Shown here: positions 22,634 through 35,167 of the stretch, in pieces
How positions within the stretch are numbered: position 1 is the stretch's first letter
Layout of the letters: each line of letters starts with the position of its first letter
From: Azolla caroliniana
Taxonomy: Eukaryota; Plantae; Polypodiophyta
Length of the DNA stretch: 64,000 nucleotides
Direction of reading: 5' to 3'
Assembly (NCBI GenBank): GCA_043228905.1
Contig: JBHGNT010000001.1
Coordinates: 17,298,001 to 17,362,000 of the forward strand
Notes under the pieces: generated by a model
Databases searched by the model: none
What the model was told of the DNA's origin: nothing
What the model saw: the letters and a program-made list of their open reading frames with translations, nothing else
Program-made: the position numbers and the translations under genes

Positions 22634-24175
22634 ATGGAGGCATATAGATACAAAGAGCCGAAGAGATGCAAACTATACGAGTTCGACCAATGGGTATCAT
22701 CATTAAAGACCCACCAAAGTGCCATGCATGCTTTCGTTGAGTTTGAGTGTCGCTTTGCACAACTCTCGGAGCGGGATCAAAGATTGGTGGGGGTGGAAAA
22801 AGTCCTAATGTTTGTGAAATCGATAGACCGGAAGGAAAGGAATGCCATTGGAATCCGACTTGAAGATGACGATGGTGCAAATGGCCTCACAGAAGATTGG
22901 ACGAAAGTGGAAAGAGTATGTCAACTACACGATAAGAGGAAGACAAGATTCTCATCGACAACAACACAACCCACGACAGATGGTGAAAGGAGGACAAGAA
23001 GCAACAACAAACTACCACCTAAAGAAGGGAGCTTGAAGAGGGAAGGTTCGATGTTACTCGACATAGAGGCCTTCATAAACGAGGCATATGAGAAATTAAA
23101 GGTGCAAGTCTAGGCCAAGGAGAATCTTATAATGGAACCAAAACCGATTAAAATGGTTATCAAGGAAGAAGAGACCTCCCAACAAAGGTGGAGTCATGAT
23201 ATGACCAATACAAAGGCCCAAGTTCGGTACTACAACACCACGGGAGAAGGTGTGGAACAAGGCATTTTCTTGTCTTGCAAAGAAATAATGATGAAGAATG
23301 AAACAAATGAATCGAGGGTGGCGAATGCAACTTCAAGCGCAGGCAAATGTTTCGGAACACACATCGTGTCTGAAACATCAAGTGATGAAGGTGCAAGCAT
23401 GAGCAAAGCTTGCATGATCGAGGGAGAGAAAAAGTGTGAGGCCGACATGATTGAGGAGATAGCCACGAAAAATGACATCGAGTCAAAGATGACTATGAAC
23501 GAGTCAATGGCGGATGACCATGTTGAGACTTGGGCAAATGCGTCGGAAAGCAAACGTGAGACCCAAGAGACGGAAGGTGGTGGCGAGGAAGTGAAAGCTG
23601 AAGCTAACACATGCAAAGAAGAGGGAGACGTGAAGATGAAGAGGGTAGATGATGATCATGAAGAGACTTTCCCCACAAAAGTTCTTGAGACTTGGGCATT
23701 AACCGATGTAAGACCCAAGAGACAGAAGGTGGCGGCAAAGAAACAAAGGTCAAAGCCAATGCGAACAACCATAAGGTGGAAGTGGCTAAGGGTAGCACGA
23801 CAAAGGCAATGCCAAACTACAAAATTCCTCCACACTCGTTTGAGAGACTTGGGCATTAACCGATGTAAGACCCAAGAGAAGGACGATGGCGGCGAGGAAG
23901 CAAGGGTTAAAGCCAATGTGTGCAATAAGGAAGTAAAGCAAAGAAAAATGATGAAAGTCCATGCGTGCGACAAAGAGTTCAAACAAAGCACAATGGTGCA
24001 TGACAATGGCCAAGCGAGCCAAGTGAAGTCTAAGGGTGTTCCGCGAGATATGATCCCATGCTCCGACTCAAAAGGGGATTCTAGTGTGAAGATCAAACAA
24101 ACGATGGTCAACTGTCACACGAGATCATACCATGAAAAAGGTGGATGTGTGAAACATGAAATGTGGTCATCCTAG
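22634..24175 (+). pseudogene. N-terminally truncated gag followed by an acidic, repetitive extension of unknown function
   Basis: EFDQWV, ERDQRLVG, GLTEDW in 22634-23113. ORF 23132-24175 continues in the same frame after one TAG. Confidence 0.7.
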
Positions 24176-24387
24176 ATTGTGAGTGTGAGTGTGGACTTGA
24201 AGCATGGGCTACAAGGAGTAGTCAAAGTCGATGTTCAAGTAAGTTCTAATGAAGACAAAGCTAGATTGACGAAAGAAGGAAGACTAAAGTGCGTTAATCG
24301 ATGTAAGACCTAAGAGCTCAGACGAAGGATTTGGTGGTTTGGATGGTCTCCATGGTTATGGTGGCATTGGAAGAAGAGAGATAAGGA

Positions 24388-24643
24388 ACCAATGAGTTGG
24401 TTCAAGGTCAATCTCTATCATAGATAGTTAGCTTATGAAGGAAAGGAAATATTAGGACAAGGATTAAAGATTTCAACCAAGAGGATGCAACTCAATAACA
24501 CAATTGGCACATACCACCAATGAGTTGGTTCAAGGTCAATCTCTATCATAGATAGTTAGCTTATGAAGGAAAGGAAATATTAGGACAAGGATTAAAGATT
24601 TCAACCAGGAGGATGCAACTCAATAACACAATTGGCACATACC
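24388..24643. repeat. 128-bp tandem duplication just upstream of the PPT
   Basis: ACCAATGAGTTGGTTCAAGG starts at both 24388 and 24516. Confidence 0.9.
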
Positions 24644-24929
24644 GGTGGATGTGCAGGTTTGGTGGGGGTGAATATCGTGTGAATCTTCTCACACTATGTA
24701 AAAATAATATTAATAATAAAATAAGTACTTTATATTAGCTTAATGGCATGTTATAGAAGATGGATGTTTGAGAAGATAGGGAAAATAGAACTATTATTTA
24801 TCCCACATAGATAGGAAACTTAAGGCCCTCGCTATATAAGCACCTTGAGACCCTCATTTTCATTTGTGCTAAGAGCACTTTGGCCACTTTGTCTTGATGG
24901 ATGATGGTGGTCAAGTTCCCAAAAATCGG

Positions 24930-25500
24930 AAACCGGCTGGTAAGCAAAATTGGAACCCTGGTAAGCAAAACCAAAACCCGGCCAGTAAGCAAAATCGGAA
25001 CTAGGCTGGTAAGCAAAACTGGGAACTGGCTGGTAAGCAAAACCGGAAACCGCCGGTAAGGAAACCGAAAACCGATCGGAAAGAAAACCGGAACTGGCCG
25101 GTAAGCAAAACTGGACACCGCTCGGTAAGGAAACTGAAAACCGATCGGAAAGCAAACCGGAACAGGCCGGTAAGCAATCTGGAATGATGGTGGCCAAGTT
25201 CCCAAAAATCGGAAACCGGCCGGTAAGCAAAATTGCAACCGGCTGGTAAGCAAAACCGGAACCCGACCGGTAAGCAAAATGGGAACTACGCCGGTAAGCA
25301 AAAATGGGAACTAGCCGGTAAGCAAAACCGGAAACCGGTCGGTAAGGAAACCGAAAACCGATCGGAAAGCAAACCGGAACAGAACGGTAAGCAAAACCGG
25401 ACTCTCCCCGGTAAGGAAACCGAAAACCGATCGGAAAGCAAACCGGAACAGGCCGGTAAGCAATCCGGAACCGGTCGGTAAGCAAATCGGAACTGGCAAA
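24930..25500. repeat. About 24-bp minisatellite (CCGGTAAGCAAAACCGGAAA) expanded in the 3' LTR
   Basis: Many more units than in the 5' LTR (about 21650-21790). Confidence 0.9.
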
Positions 25501-28500
25501 ATCGGCAATTGGATGGTGTCGCAAACCGGGCGTATCCGACAACTAGCGACGATTGAGACAAACATATGATAGGATCATGTGGCTAATTAAAGTGAAGTGA
25601 AGAAAACTAAAGTAAAGGTCGTGTGGATGGTCGCATGCAACTAAAAGAAAAAGCCATGCAACTAAAAATAGATGCAACTAAAAGTAGAGGCCATGCAACA
25701 AAAACTAGAGGCATATGATCAATGGGGAACTCCATATATATTCCATTTTTTTTACACATCCTATACTCTCTCTCCATTAATTTTTCTTTTCCTTCTTAGC
25801 TCTCTTATCTTATAGAAGATATATCTCTCATAAACCCTAAACCCTAATTTTCCCTACGGAAGCCATAAACCCTAATTTTCCTTACGGAAGCTATAAACCC
25901 TAATTTTCCTTACGGAAGCTATAAACCCTAATTTTCCATACGGAAAGCGAGGGAACTCATAAACCATAATCTCTTATCAAAACCAAAAACCCTAATTTTC
26001 TATAGAATCCATATCTTAATTTGCTCTTATCTATTACTCTAGTAATCTCCATTAACTAATCTTTTTGTAATCTCAATCTTGTGATTCATTGTAATCTTTC
26101 TTTCCATTTGTTCATGAAATTTTCAATCTTTCTCATTTTCCATTAATTGTTTAATATAAACATACGAATTGGATATCTTCCGGTCGGAGGCCCCGGGGTC
26201 TGGCCTCAAAGTTCACGTATCCTTGTCGAGAAAATACGACAGCGTGTGTAGTATCATTTAATATACTTAGTAGCCCAGAACATCCCATTGTTTTGGGATT
26301 ACCATGGTTCGAATTACATAACCCTGAAATAGATTGGAGAACAAGAGAAATCTGGTATTGACAAACCCGAGGATCTACTCATAGGATTGCAACCATTTCG
26401 CTACATCAATTGTGTGAGGAAGGACGCAAGGAAGCAATGTTCACCTTCACGGTATCAGTAAAACCTTCCAACACCACTAAAGAAGATGTGTTCGATAAGG
26501 TACAAGCCAATACGCTTCCTCACTTCCGACCGTATGATTGCCCCATTGACTTACAACCGGGAAAAGAGCCACCATGGGGAACGATCTACAACTTGTCACC
26601 AACTGCGCTAGAAGTCCTTCAAGCCTATATAGAGGAGAATCTGGCAAATGGTTTCATTCGACATTCGAAATCTCCGGCCGGTGCACCCATTTTCTTTGTC
26701 AAAAAAAAGGATGGATCTCTTCGTCTCGTCGTAGATTACCGTGGCTTGAATAAGGTCACCATCATGACTAGGTATGCACTCCCCCTTATCTCAAGTCTTT
26801 GAAAACGGATCAATGGTGCAAGGTTCTTCACAAAGATCGACTTACGAGGAGCATATAACCTCGTACAGATTCGACAAGGAGATGAATGGAATACCGCATT
26901 TCGCACCAGATATGGGCACTTCGAGTATACGGTCATGCCATTCGGCCTCACTAATGCGCCAATAGTCTTCCAACACATGGCAAATGATATATTCCGAGAT
27001 CTCTTGGATGTTTGTTTGATCATCTATTTGGATGATCTACTGGTTTATTCGAAGACCCAAGAAGAGTATGATTCTCATGTGTTGTTAGTACTATAGCTTC
27101 GAGAACATGGTCTTTATGCAAAACTGGAAAAATGTAGTTTCGAGTGCAACCAAGTGGAATTTCCGGGCTATGTCATCTCCTCGGAAGGCATCTCTCTATG
27201 GATCCAACTAAGGTGAAAACTGTGGTAGAGTGGCAAACTCCATGTTCGTTGTGAGATGTGCAATGCTTTTTAGGCTTTCCCAATTTCTACCGCAAGTTTA
27301 TACAGGATTACTCAAAACTTATTCTACTCTCCCATAGCTTATAAGGAAGGGGTAGTCATTTGTTTGGTCTAAGGAAGCGGACATGGCTTTTGAGATTCTT
27401 AAGAAGGCATTTACATCAGCTCCTATCCTAGTACACGTTGATCCGAAAAAACCATTCATCATTGAGGTAGACGCGGGATTTCGCCTTGGGTAGCATTTTG
27501 TCACAACAAGGCGATGATGAAAGCTACATCCTGTGGCTTTCCACTCACACAAGTTTGACGCCGCCGAAATCAACTATGAAATTCATGATAAGGAGCTATG
27601 AGCAATAGTGGACTCTTTTACGCAATGGAGGCCTTTTCTAGAGGGATCTTCTCATCAAGTCACCGTATTCAGTGATCACAAACCTAGTGCCTACTTCCCG
27701 AATGCTCGTGTATTAAATCGACATCAAGCTCCATGGGCCCAATTCCTCACTCGTTTCGACCTCAAAATTACATATCTTCCTAGGAAGCAGCAAGGGAAGA
27801 CAGATGCGTTATCATGGCGCTCATATCTAGCACCACGCCCCGATGAGCCAACATTCAATAACCAAAGGCAAGTAATCTTGGAACCGGCACGACTGCAAAC
27901 AACGCAGGTTTTCAATATGCCATTGGACTCTGACATTATCAATATCGTACGTGAGGACCTGAAGACTGATGCTTTCGCTCAAGTCATTCTAACACAAATT
28001 TATCCTTGTAAAAAGAATAGCGTGCGGAAGCAATAGAAAACCGAACATAGAAACGTAGGTTTAATGGAGAGCTTGAATATACATAGTATGCGGGAGAAAC
28101 AGAGAAAGAGAGTCAATACACACAACTTTATTAAAAAATAATACTCAGTCTGTACATAGGATGTGCTCAGTGAGCACTTTTATACAAGTCCATACGGACT
28201 AACAAAAGTACTGACACGTACTTCAATGCTCATAAGTGAGCTCTACACTAACTCCCAAAATATATTCCTACGTGGAATATCTTTGCAACAGCCTCGCGGT
28301 TTACGCACCGCTATGGCTTCTCGTTGTGCACCGGTTTGCACACCGGTTTACACACCCAATCCGGCCTAACCAATCCGGTTCTCGGCTTACACAACCGATC
28401 TGGCCAATGTTGAGCTTGTATCTCAACACTCCCCCTCAAGCTCAACTTGAGGTTCTATCCGCTCTTCCGGATCTATGCTCCGGTTCCTTCTGGCTTCACA

Positions 28501-30314
28501 CCTTGCTCGCGCTCCTCGACCTGTTTGATTCCGTGCACCTCGACCCTTTCGGTTGGCTTGCGTGCTCGTGGGGCCCTCCTTAGCTCCGTTGCTATCGCGG
28601 TGTTGGCATTTCTTCCATTGCCTTCTCTTCCCCTTGGCCCTCAGTTGATTCGGCGTATCTGAGTCAAACATCCGAGCCGACTCGGCTTCCTTCGATCGGT
28701 TTTCTGTTTCATCCGAGTTGGCTGTCTCCAACTCGTCTTTGGTCTTCTCGCCCTTGATGGCTTCGTCTCCCCCACGCTTGGTTGGCTTCAGCTCTTTCTT
28801 TTGACTGCTCCCCTTAAGTTTGCTTTCGGAATCTTCCGCGGATCCGCCCTCGGCTTCTTGAGCCGATCCAAAATCGAATTTGTCATCCAGCTCGGCATCG
28901 CAGTCTTCCGAAACTTCTCTCCCCCTTCCATGGTCCCTCCCCCTCAAGTTTGGCAAGTCGAGGTGACGCAACCCAAGCGCACCCGAGAATTGTCGCAACT
29001 TGTCTAGACCAAGAGGCTTGGTGAAGATGTCGGCGGTCTGGCGACCGTCGGAACATACTGAACTTCGACTTCACCGGAGAGGACACACTCACAGACGAAA
29101 CGGTAGTGCATCTCAATGTGCTTAGTCCAGGCATGGAAGACAGGGTTCTTTGCTAGCTGGATGCTGCTGAGGTTGTCGTAGTAGATTGTCGTTGGATCGG
29201 ATACCTCCACCTGCAGATCCTTAAGTAGCCACTCCAACCATATGGCTTCGCATGTCGCGATAGCCGCTCCTCTATACTCGGCTTCGGTGCTCGACAACGC
29301 AACTGTCGACTACTTCTTGCTACTCCACGCGATCGCGGCACTCCCAAGAGAGAATGCGAAACCGGACGTGGATCGGCGATCGGCGACGTTGCCGGCCCAG
29401 TCGGCATCGATGTAGCCGACCAACTACGGGGTTGTACAGGTCCGATATAGTAGTCCCCGATCCTTAGTGTCGCTTATGTACCGCAATACGTGTTGCGCAC
29501 ACTGAAGGTTCTCCTCAGTAGGTCGCGCCATGAACTGACTAATCACTCCGACTGGGAAGCTGAGATCTGGTTGGGTGATGGTCTAGTATATAAGGCTTCC
29601 GACTATCTGTCGGAACCTCGTCAAGCCACATACCTTTCCGGAATCGGAGCGACGCTTGATGATTCTATCCAGAGGAGTTGTGACGGACTTACAGTCGGCC
29701 ATCCCGAATTTGAAGAGCATACTCAACACGTAATCCTGTTGGCTGATCAATATGCCTTCGGGGGTGCTGATCACTTTGATCCCGATGAAGTAATGAAGGT
29801 CCCCCCAGATCCTTTATGTCAAATCATGCCGCAAGCTAGAGCTTCACGCGGTCAATCTCACTTAGGTCGGTGCTAGTGATGACAAGGTCATCAACATAAA
29901 GTAAAATGCTAACCGGCCCGAGTCGACCTTTCCGGATGAACAATTGGTTCAAAGCCCATCTGATGCAATTGTTGTGTGACCTTCGCGTTCCAGGCACGCG
30001 GAGCTTGCTTTAGTCTGTAAAGGGACTTCTTCAACCGGCACACCGCCGAGGTGTTCGTTCCGGAGTGAAATCTGGGGTTGTACCTTGTACACGTGTTCCT
30101 CAAGCTCACCTTGCAGGAACACATTCTTAACATCCATCTAATGTAAGTGCCACCCCTTCGCCACACCTACTGCGAGCAAAACGCGGACGATCGTTATCTT
30201 CGTGACCGGTGCAAACGTCTCATGGTAGTCGTTGTCGTGTTGTTGTGCGTAGCCTTTCGCTACTAACCGGACCTTGTATGGGTTGACCGAGCCGTTAGTG
30301 TTGTACTTGACCTT

Positions 30315-33300
30315 TGTAAAGAATACAGTTTCCTTTGCTATGCTCGGCCACAACCGAGATGTCGGATCAAGCACAGAAAACAGGGATGAAGTGAGATGTA
30401 TCTACACACAGGAAAAAACAACAGTAAAGAAGAGAGTGCACTGGATGTTAACGTGGAAAACCCTGAGAGGGAAAAAACACAGGAGTCCACAAACTCCAAA
30501 CTATCAGTATGTAAAGTAATACAATAGGGAGCACAGAGGCAACGACCTCTTGCTCACAATCTTCGCTTCGCGGCGGTTACAACAGAGACACAATCTCTGT
30601 ATGTCGCTCTCTCTCTCTCTCTCTTACGCACTGTACAGAGGTTACACCAACGACTCTACATCTACCTATTAAGTTTGCCCTAGGTCATAATTATACTAAT
30701 ATGACTTTCGGGCTATTTACAAATATAGCCCCAATGGGCTCTCTGGAACATATTTACATATATGTTGCTTCATCCGGTGAGAGGTTCTCACCGGCCCTGC
30801 AACATCCGGTTCTCACCGGGTCTTCCGTTGCCGGGTACTCCCTATCCGGTTCTCACCGGGTCTTCCATTGTCGGGTCCTCCACACCCGGTTCTTCTCACT
30901 TCCCATATGGAGGGACCTATTTCCTAACAAACTCCCCCTTCACTCCGGCATGGGATGTCTTACTAGTCCCATCCGCTTCCGACATGCACCCAACTTGTCC
31001 GGTATCATTACTTTAGTTAGCATGTCTGACCCGTTCTCAGCCGTGTGGATCTTCGTCTGCGCGAACTCTCGATCTTCTACTCGCTCTCGAATGTAGTGAT
31101 ACCTACACTGGATGTGCTTCGTCCTGGAATGGTATGCTACGTTCTTAGCAAGGTGGATGGCACTTTGACTATCGCAATAGAGTCGGTATTCATCTTGCCG
31201 TACACGGAGCTCACCGATGAAGTCCTTCATCCATAATATTTCCTTGCCGGCTTCAACAACTGCCATGTACTCCGCTTCCGTGGTTGACAACGCAACCGTC
31301 TTCTACAACCTCGACTGCCACGAAACAGCTCCCCCTGCATATGTCATTACATACCTGGATGTAGACCGACTGGTATCCACATCAGCCGACATGTCTGAAT
31401 CGATAAAACCGTCAAGTTGAGGTTTACCGGAGCCGAATAGGAGACACATATTCGAAGTGCCCTTCAAGTACCGGAGTATCCATTTGACCACGTTCCAGTG
31501 CTCCTTGCCGGGATTGCTTATAAACCGGCTCACCACTCTGATTGCATATCCGATCTCCGGTCGAGTACACACCATTGCGTACACTAAGCTCCCGACGGCA
31601 GAGGCATATGGAACCTTCACCATATCCGCCTTCTCTGCTTTCATCTTCGGGCTTTGCTTACCGGATAGTCTGCAATTTGCCGGGAGTGTCGATCCCACCG
31701 GTTGCTCTATGTAGATCTCCTCTGTGAGGTCACCGTGAAGGAATGTCGTTTTCACGTTCAGCTGCTCTACCTCGAGGTCCATGCTTGCCACTATATTCAG
31801 CACCGTCCGGATGGAGGTCATCTTTACTACCGGGGCAAATATCTCGTCGAAGTCCACGCCCTTCTTTTACTGGAACCCCTTCACCACAATCTTGGCTTTG
31901 TATCTCGGGGGGTTGCCGGCATCTCCCGGTTTCAACTTGTACACCCACTTGTTTCGAAGTGCCCGCTTTCCTTTCGGCAACTCCACCAATTCGTACATAT
32001 GGTTCTTATGCAGGGAATCCATCTCATCCTGCATGGCACTTAACCATTTGCGGCTGTGGGTGTCATCCTTCGCTTCTTCGAAGCTTTCCAGCTCTCCCTC
32101 ATCGGTCAACAGCACATGCTCTGCATCCGGAAATCTCCGGGGGGCCCTTCTCTCTCTGAGAGGATATCTCCGTCTTTGGCCTTCGGCAACCGGCTCCACT
32201 ATTTGATCTTCATCTGAATCTGATTCGGGGTCTTGGCCGGTTCCGATTTCAGCTTCCTCTACTTCTTGTTCTGCCGGTTGGGTATCCTCACCGTAACAGG
32301 CTGGTTCATCAAGTGTTAACCGGTCTCTTGTCGGTTGGGTCTGCTCAATGTAGAATCGATCCTTACCGGTCGACTCGGAGTTCATTACCTTCTTCTCCGA
32401 CTCCCAGTCGGCGAGAGTCTTGTCCTCCATGAAGATAATATCTCGACTCCGGAATACCTTCTTGTCGACCGGGTCCCACACTCGGTAGCCGAACTCATCG
32501 TCACCGTAACCGAGGAATATGCATGGCCGGGTCTTCGGATCTAACTTTCCTCTCCGGTCCTTAGCTACATGCACGTACACGAGACACCCGAACACCTTCA
32601 GACGTCGGTAGGACACTTCCTTACCGGTCCATACTCTCTGGGCGTGTCTCCATCCAAGGGTACTGAGGGTGATCTGTTTATCACATATGTCGCCGTCGAC
32701 AATGCGTCAGCCCAAAACTTCTTGGGTAGTTTTGCATGCGCCAGCATACTCTGGACCCTCTCCATTATGCTCCGGTTCATCCTCTCGGCCAACCCATTTA
32801 GTTCCGGGGTCTTTGGCACGGTAAACTCGAGGCGGATTCCCTTCGAGCGGTAGTACTCCTTGAATTGCCCCCGTTATTCTCCTCCGTTATCTGCTCGAAC
32901 CGCCTTCAGATTCCGGCCGGTTTCTCTTTCCACTCTCGCATGGAGCTCTTTGAAGACGGATAGCACCTGATCCTTCGTCTTCAACGGTGTGGCCCACAGC
33001 TTCCGGCTGTGGTCATCTATGAATGTCACAAAGTACTGTGATCCAGCATGTGACTTCATGTCCACTTGACACACATTAGTATGCACCAACTCCAGTGGTG
33101 CATTAGGTCTCATCGGTGGTCTTGGTTAGAAGGAGGTCCGGTTTTGCTTACCGGCCAGACAATCAGTGCACTTCTCCAAGTGCACGTTCTTCACTGGAAT
33201 GAGGTTGTCGTCTGCAAGCCTCTTCATCCCCTTCTCACTCATGTGACACAGCCTCTTGTGCCATAGCTCACCGGCAGTATCAGAAGCCACGTTCACTTCT

Positions 33301-35167
33301 TCCGGGCATAACCAGGCATTCATTAGGTACAACGTGTTGACCTTCGGGGCCCGAGCCACTATCAGGCTCCCTTTGCTGAATTTCATGACTCCGTTCCGGA
33401 TGCTACCCGTGTAGCCTTCATCATCTAGCCGACCGGCTAATTTCAGGTTCAGTCAAACCTCCGGAACGTGTCGGACATCCTTCAGCAGCAGCTTGCATCC
33501 GGTTGGGGTTGTCAACCACACGTTTCCTATGCGGGCCCGACAATTTGGCATGTACCTCCATTCCCCATCCGGACACAACCGTGATCACCAACTGTGTAGG
33601 ATGAGAAGTATTTACGGTTTGGGGTAAGGTGGAACGACACTCCGGAATCAACAACCCACGTTGTCTCGTTGCCGGCAAGGTTCAACTCACTCTCTTCGGT
33701 GATGAGAATCAGCTCTTCTTCACTTGTCGCGATTGCCGTCGTTCCCTTCCGGTCCGTTCCCCTCCGATCTTTACCGTTCCGGTCTGGTGTCTGCTTCGAA
33801 TCGGCACCATCGGTTTCCTTGTCTTTTCGGAAGTGCGGACAGTTCTTCTGGAAGTGTCTTGGCTTGCCACAATAGAAGCAGGTAGGCCTCCCCCTTGACT
33901 TTGACCGTGTCCCCGACTTCTCCCAGTTCTGGGGACTACGGTTCCTTTGTCTTCCGCGTTCCGATTCGGTAATGAGCGCTTTGGAGTCGGAGTTCGTATC
34001 CTTGTCTTTCCGACGCGCCTCCTCATCTAGCAAGATCGACTTCACTCTTGCTAGGGATAACCGTTTCCATTCCAGCCCGGCGTTGCCCAAAGTGACAACC
34101 AACGTCTCCCAGCTATCCGGGAGGGAACCGAGCAGGAGTAGTGCTAGTACCTCATCGGTGAGAGGTACTTCCAATGATGTTTCCTGGTGAATCAGCCCCT
34201 AGAAGGCATTCATGTGCTCCGCCATGCTGGAGCCATCTTGGTACCGGAGTCTTACTAGCTTCCGAAATACCGAAACCTGATTAACAACATTTTTGTTCTG
34301 AAACATAATGCCGATTATCTCCCAGAGCTCATGAGCCTTGCTCTCTTCATTGAATTTTTTGTATAGACTCATGTCAATGAAGCACCGTATGTACGCCGTT
34401 GTCTTCATGTGCATCACCTCCCATATCATGGCATCGATTTTGTCCGGGCTCTTGTCCCCGAACTGAACCGGCAACCAAAGATCTTAAACCACGAGCATGT
34501 CCCTCACCTTCGATTTCCACACTGAGTAATTGGAGCCGGTGAACTTGAACATCCCTCCCAACAAATCATCCATTTTTCTGTGTCATTTCGCTCTAATACC
34601 ACTCTGTAAAGAATGCGGTTTCCTTTGCTATGCTCGACCACAACTGAGATGTCGGATCAAGCACAGAAAACAAGGATGAAGTGAGATGTATCTACACACG
34701 GGAAAAAACAACAGTAAAGAAGAGAGTGCACTGGATGTTAACGTGGAAAACCCTGAGAGGGAAAAACCACGGGAGTCCACAAACTCCAAACTATCACTAT
34801 GTAAAGTAATACAATAGGGAGCACAGAGGCAACGACCTCTTGCTCACAATCTTCGCCTCACGACGGTTACAACAGAGACACAATCTCTGTATGTCGCTCT
34901 CTCTCTCTCTCTCTCTCTTACGCACTGTACAGAGGTTACACCAACGACTCTACATCTACCTATTAAGTTTGCCCTAGGTCATATTTATACTAATATGACT
35001 TTCGGGCTATTTACAAATATAGCCCCAGTGGGCTCCTTGGAACATATTTACATATATGTCCCTTCATCCAATGAGAGGTTCTCACCAACCCTACAACATC
35101 CGGTCTCACCGGGTCGTCCACACCCGATTCTTCTCACTTCCCATCCGGAGGGACCTATTTCCTAACA
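30315..35167 (-). mobile_element. Ty1/Copia element with the RT core deleted
   Basis: LTRs 30315-30929 and 34605-35167, perfect TSD ACCTT, mutated iMet PBS 34601-34590. gag, protease, integrase, RT and RNase H motifs are present, but RT jumps from EQPVG to STLP. Confidence 0.93.

Larger units (their letters stand above)
21397..26241 (+). mobile_element. Non-autonomous gag-only Gypsy-type LTR element, tRNA-Trp primed
   Basis: LTRs 21397-22588 and 24673-26241, 4-bp TSD GCGT, PBS 22593-22610, PPT GGTGGGGGTGAA, truncated gag, no RT or integrase. Confidence 0.92.

Noticed and set aside
24930-25500. Regular short repeats resembling a CRISPR array
   Set aside because: No unique spacers and no cas genes. 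It is a degenerate minisatellite inside an LTR.
24798-25565. Long overlapping ORFs of 167-236 aa
   Set aside because: They arise from a stop-poor minisatellite and show no protein motifs.
25832-25846. Interstitial telomere or chromosome-healing site
   Set aside because: Only two units, embedded in an LTR repeat.
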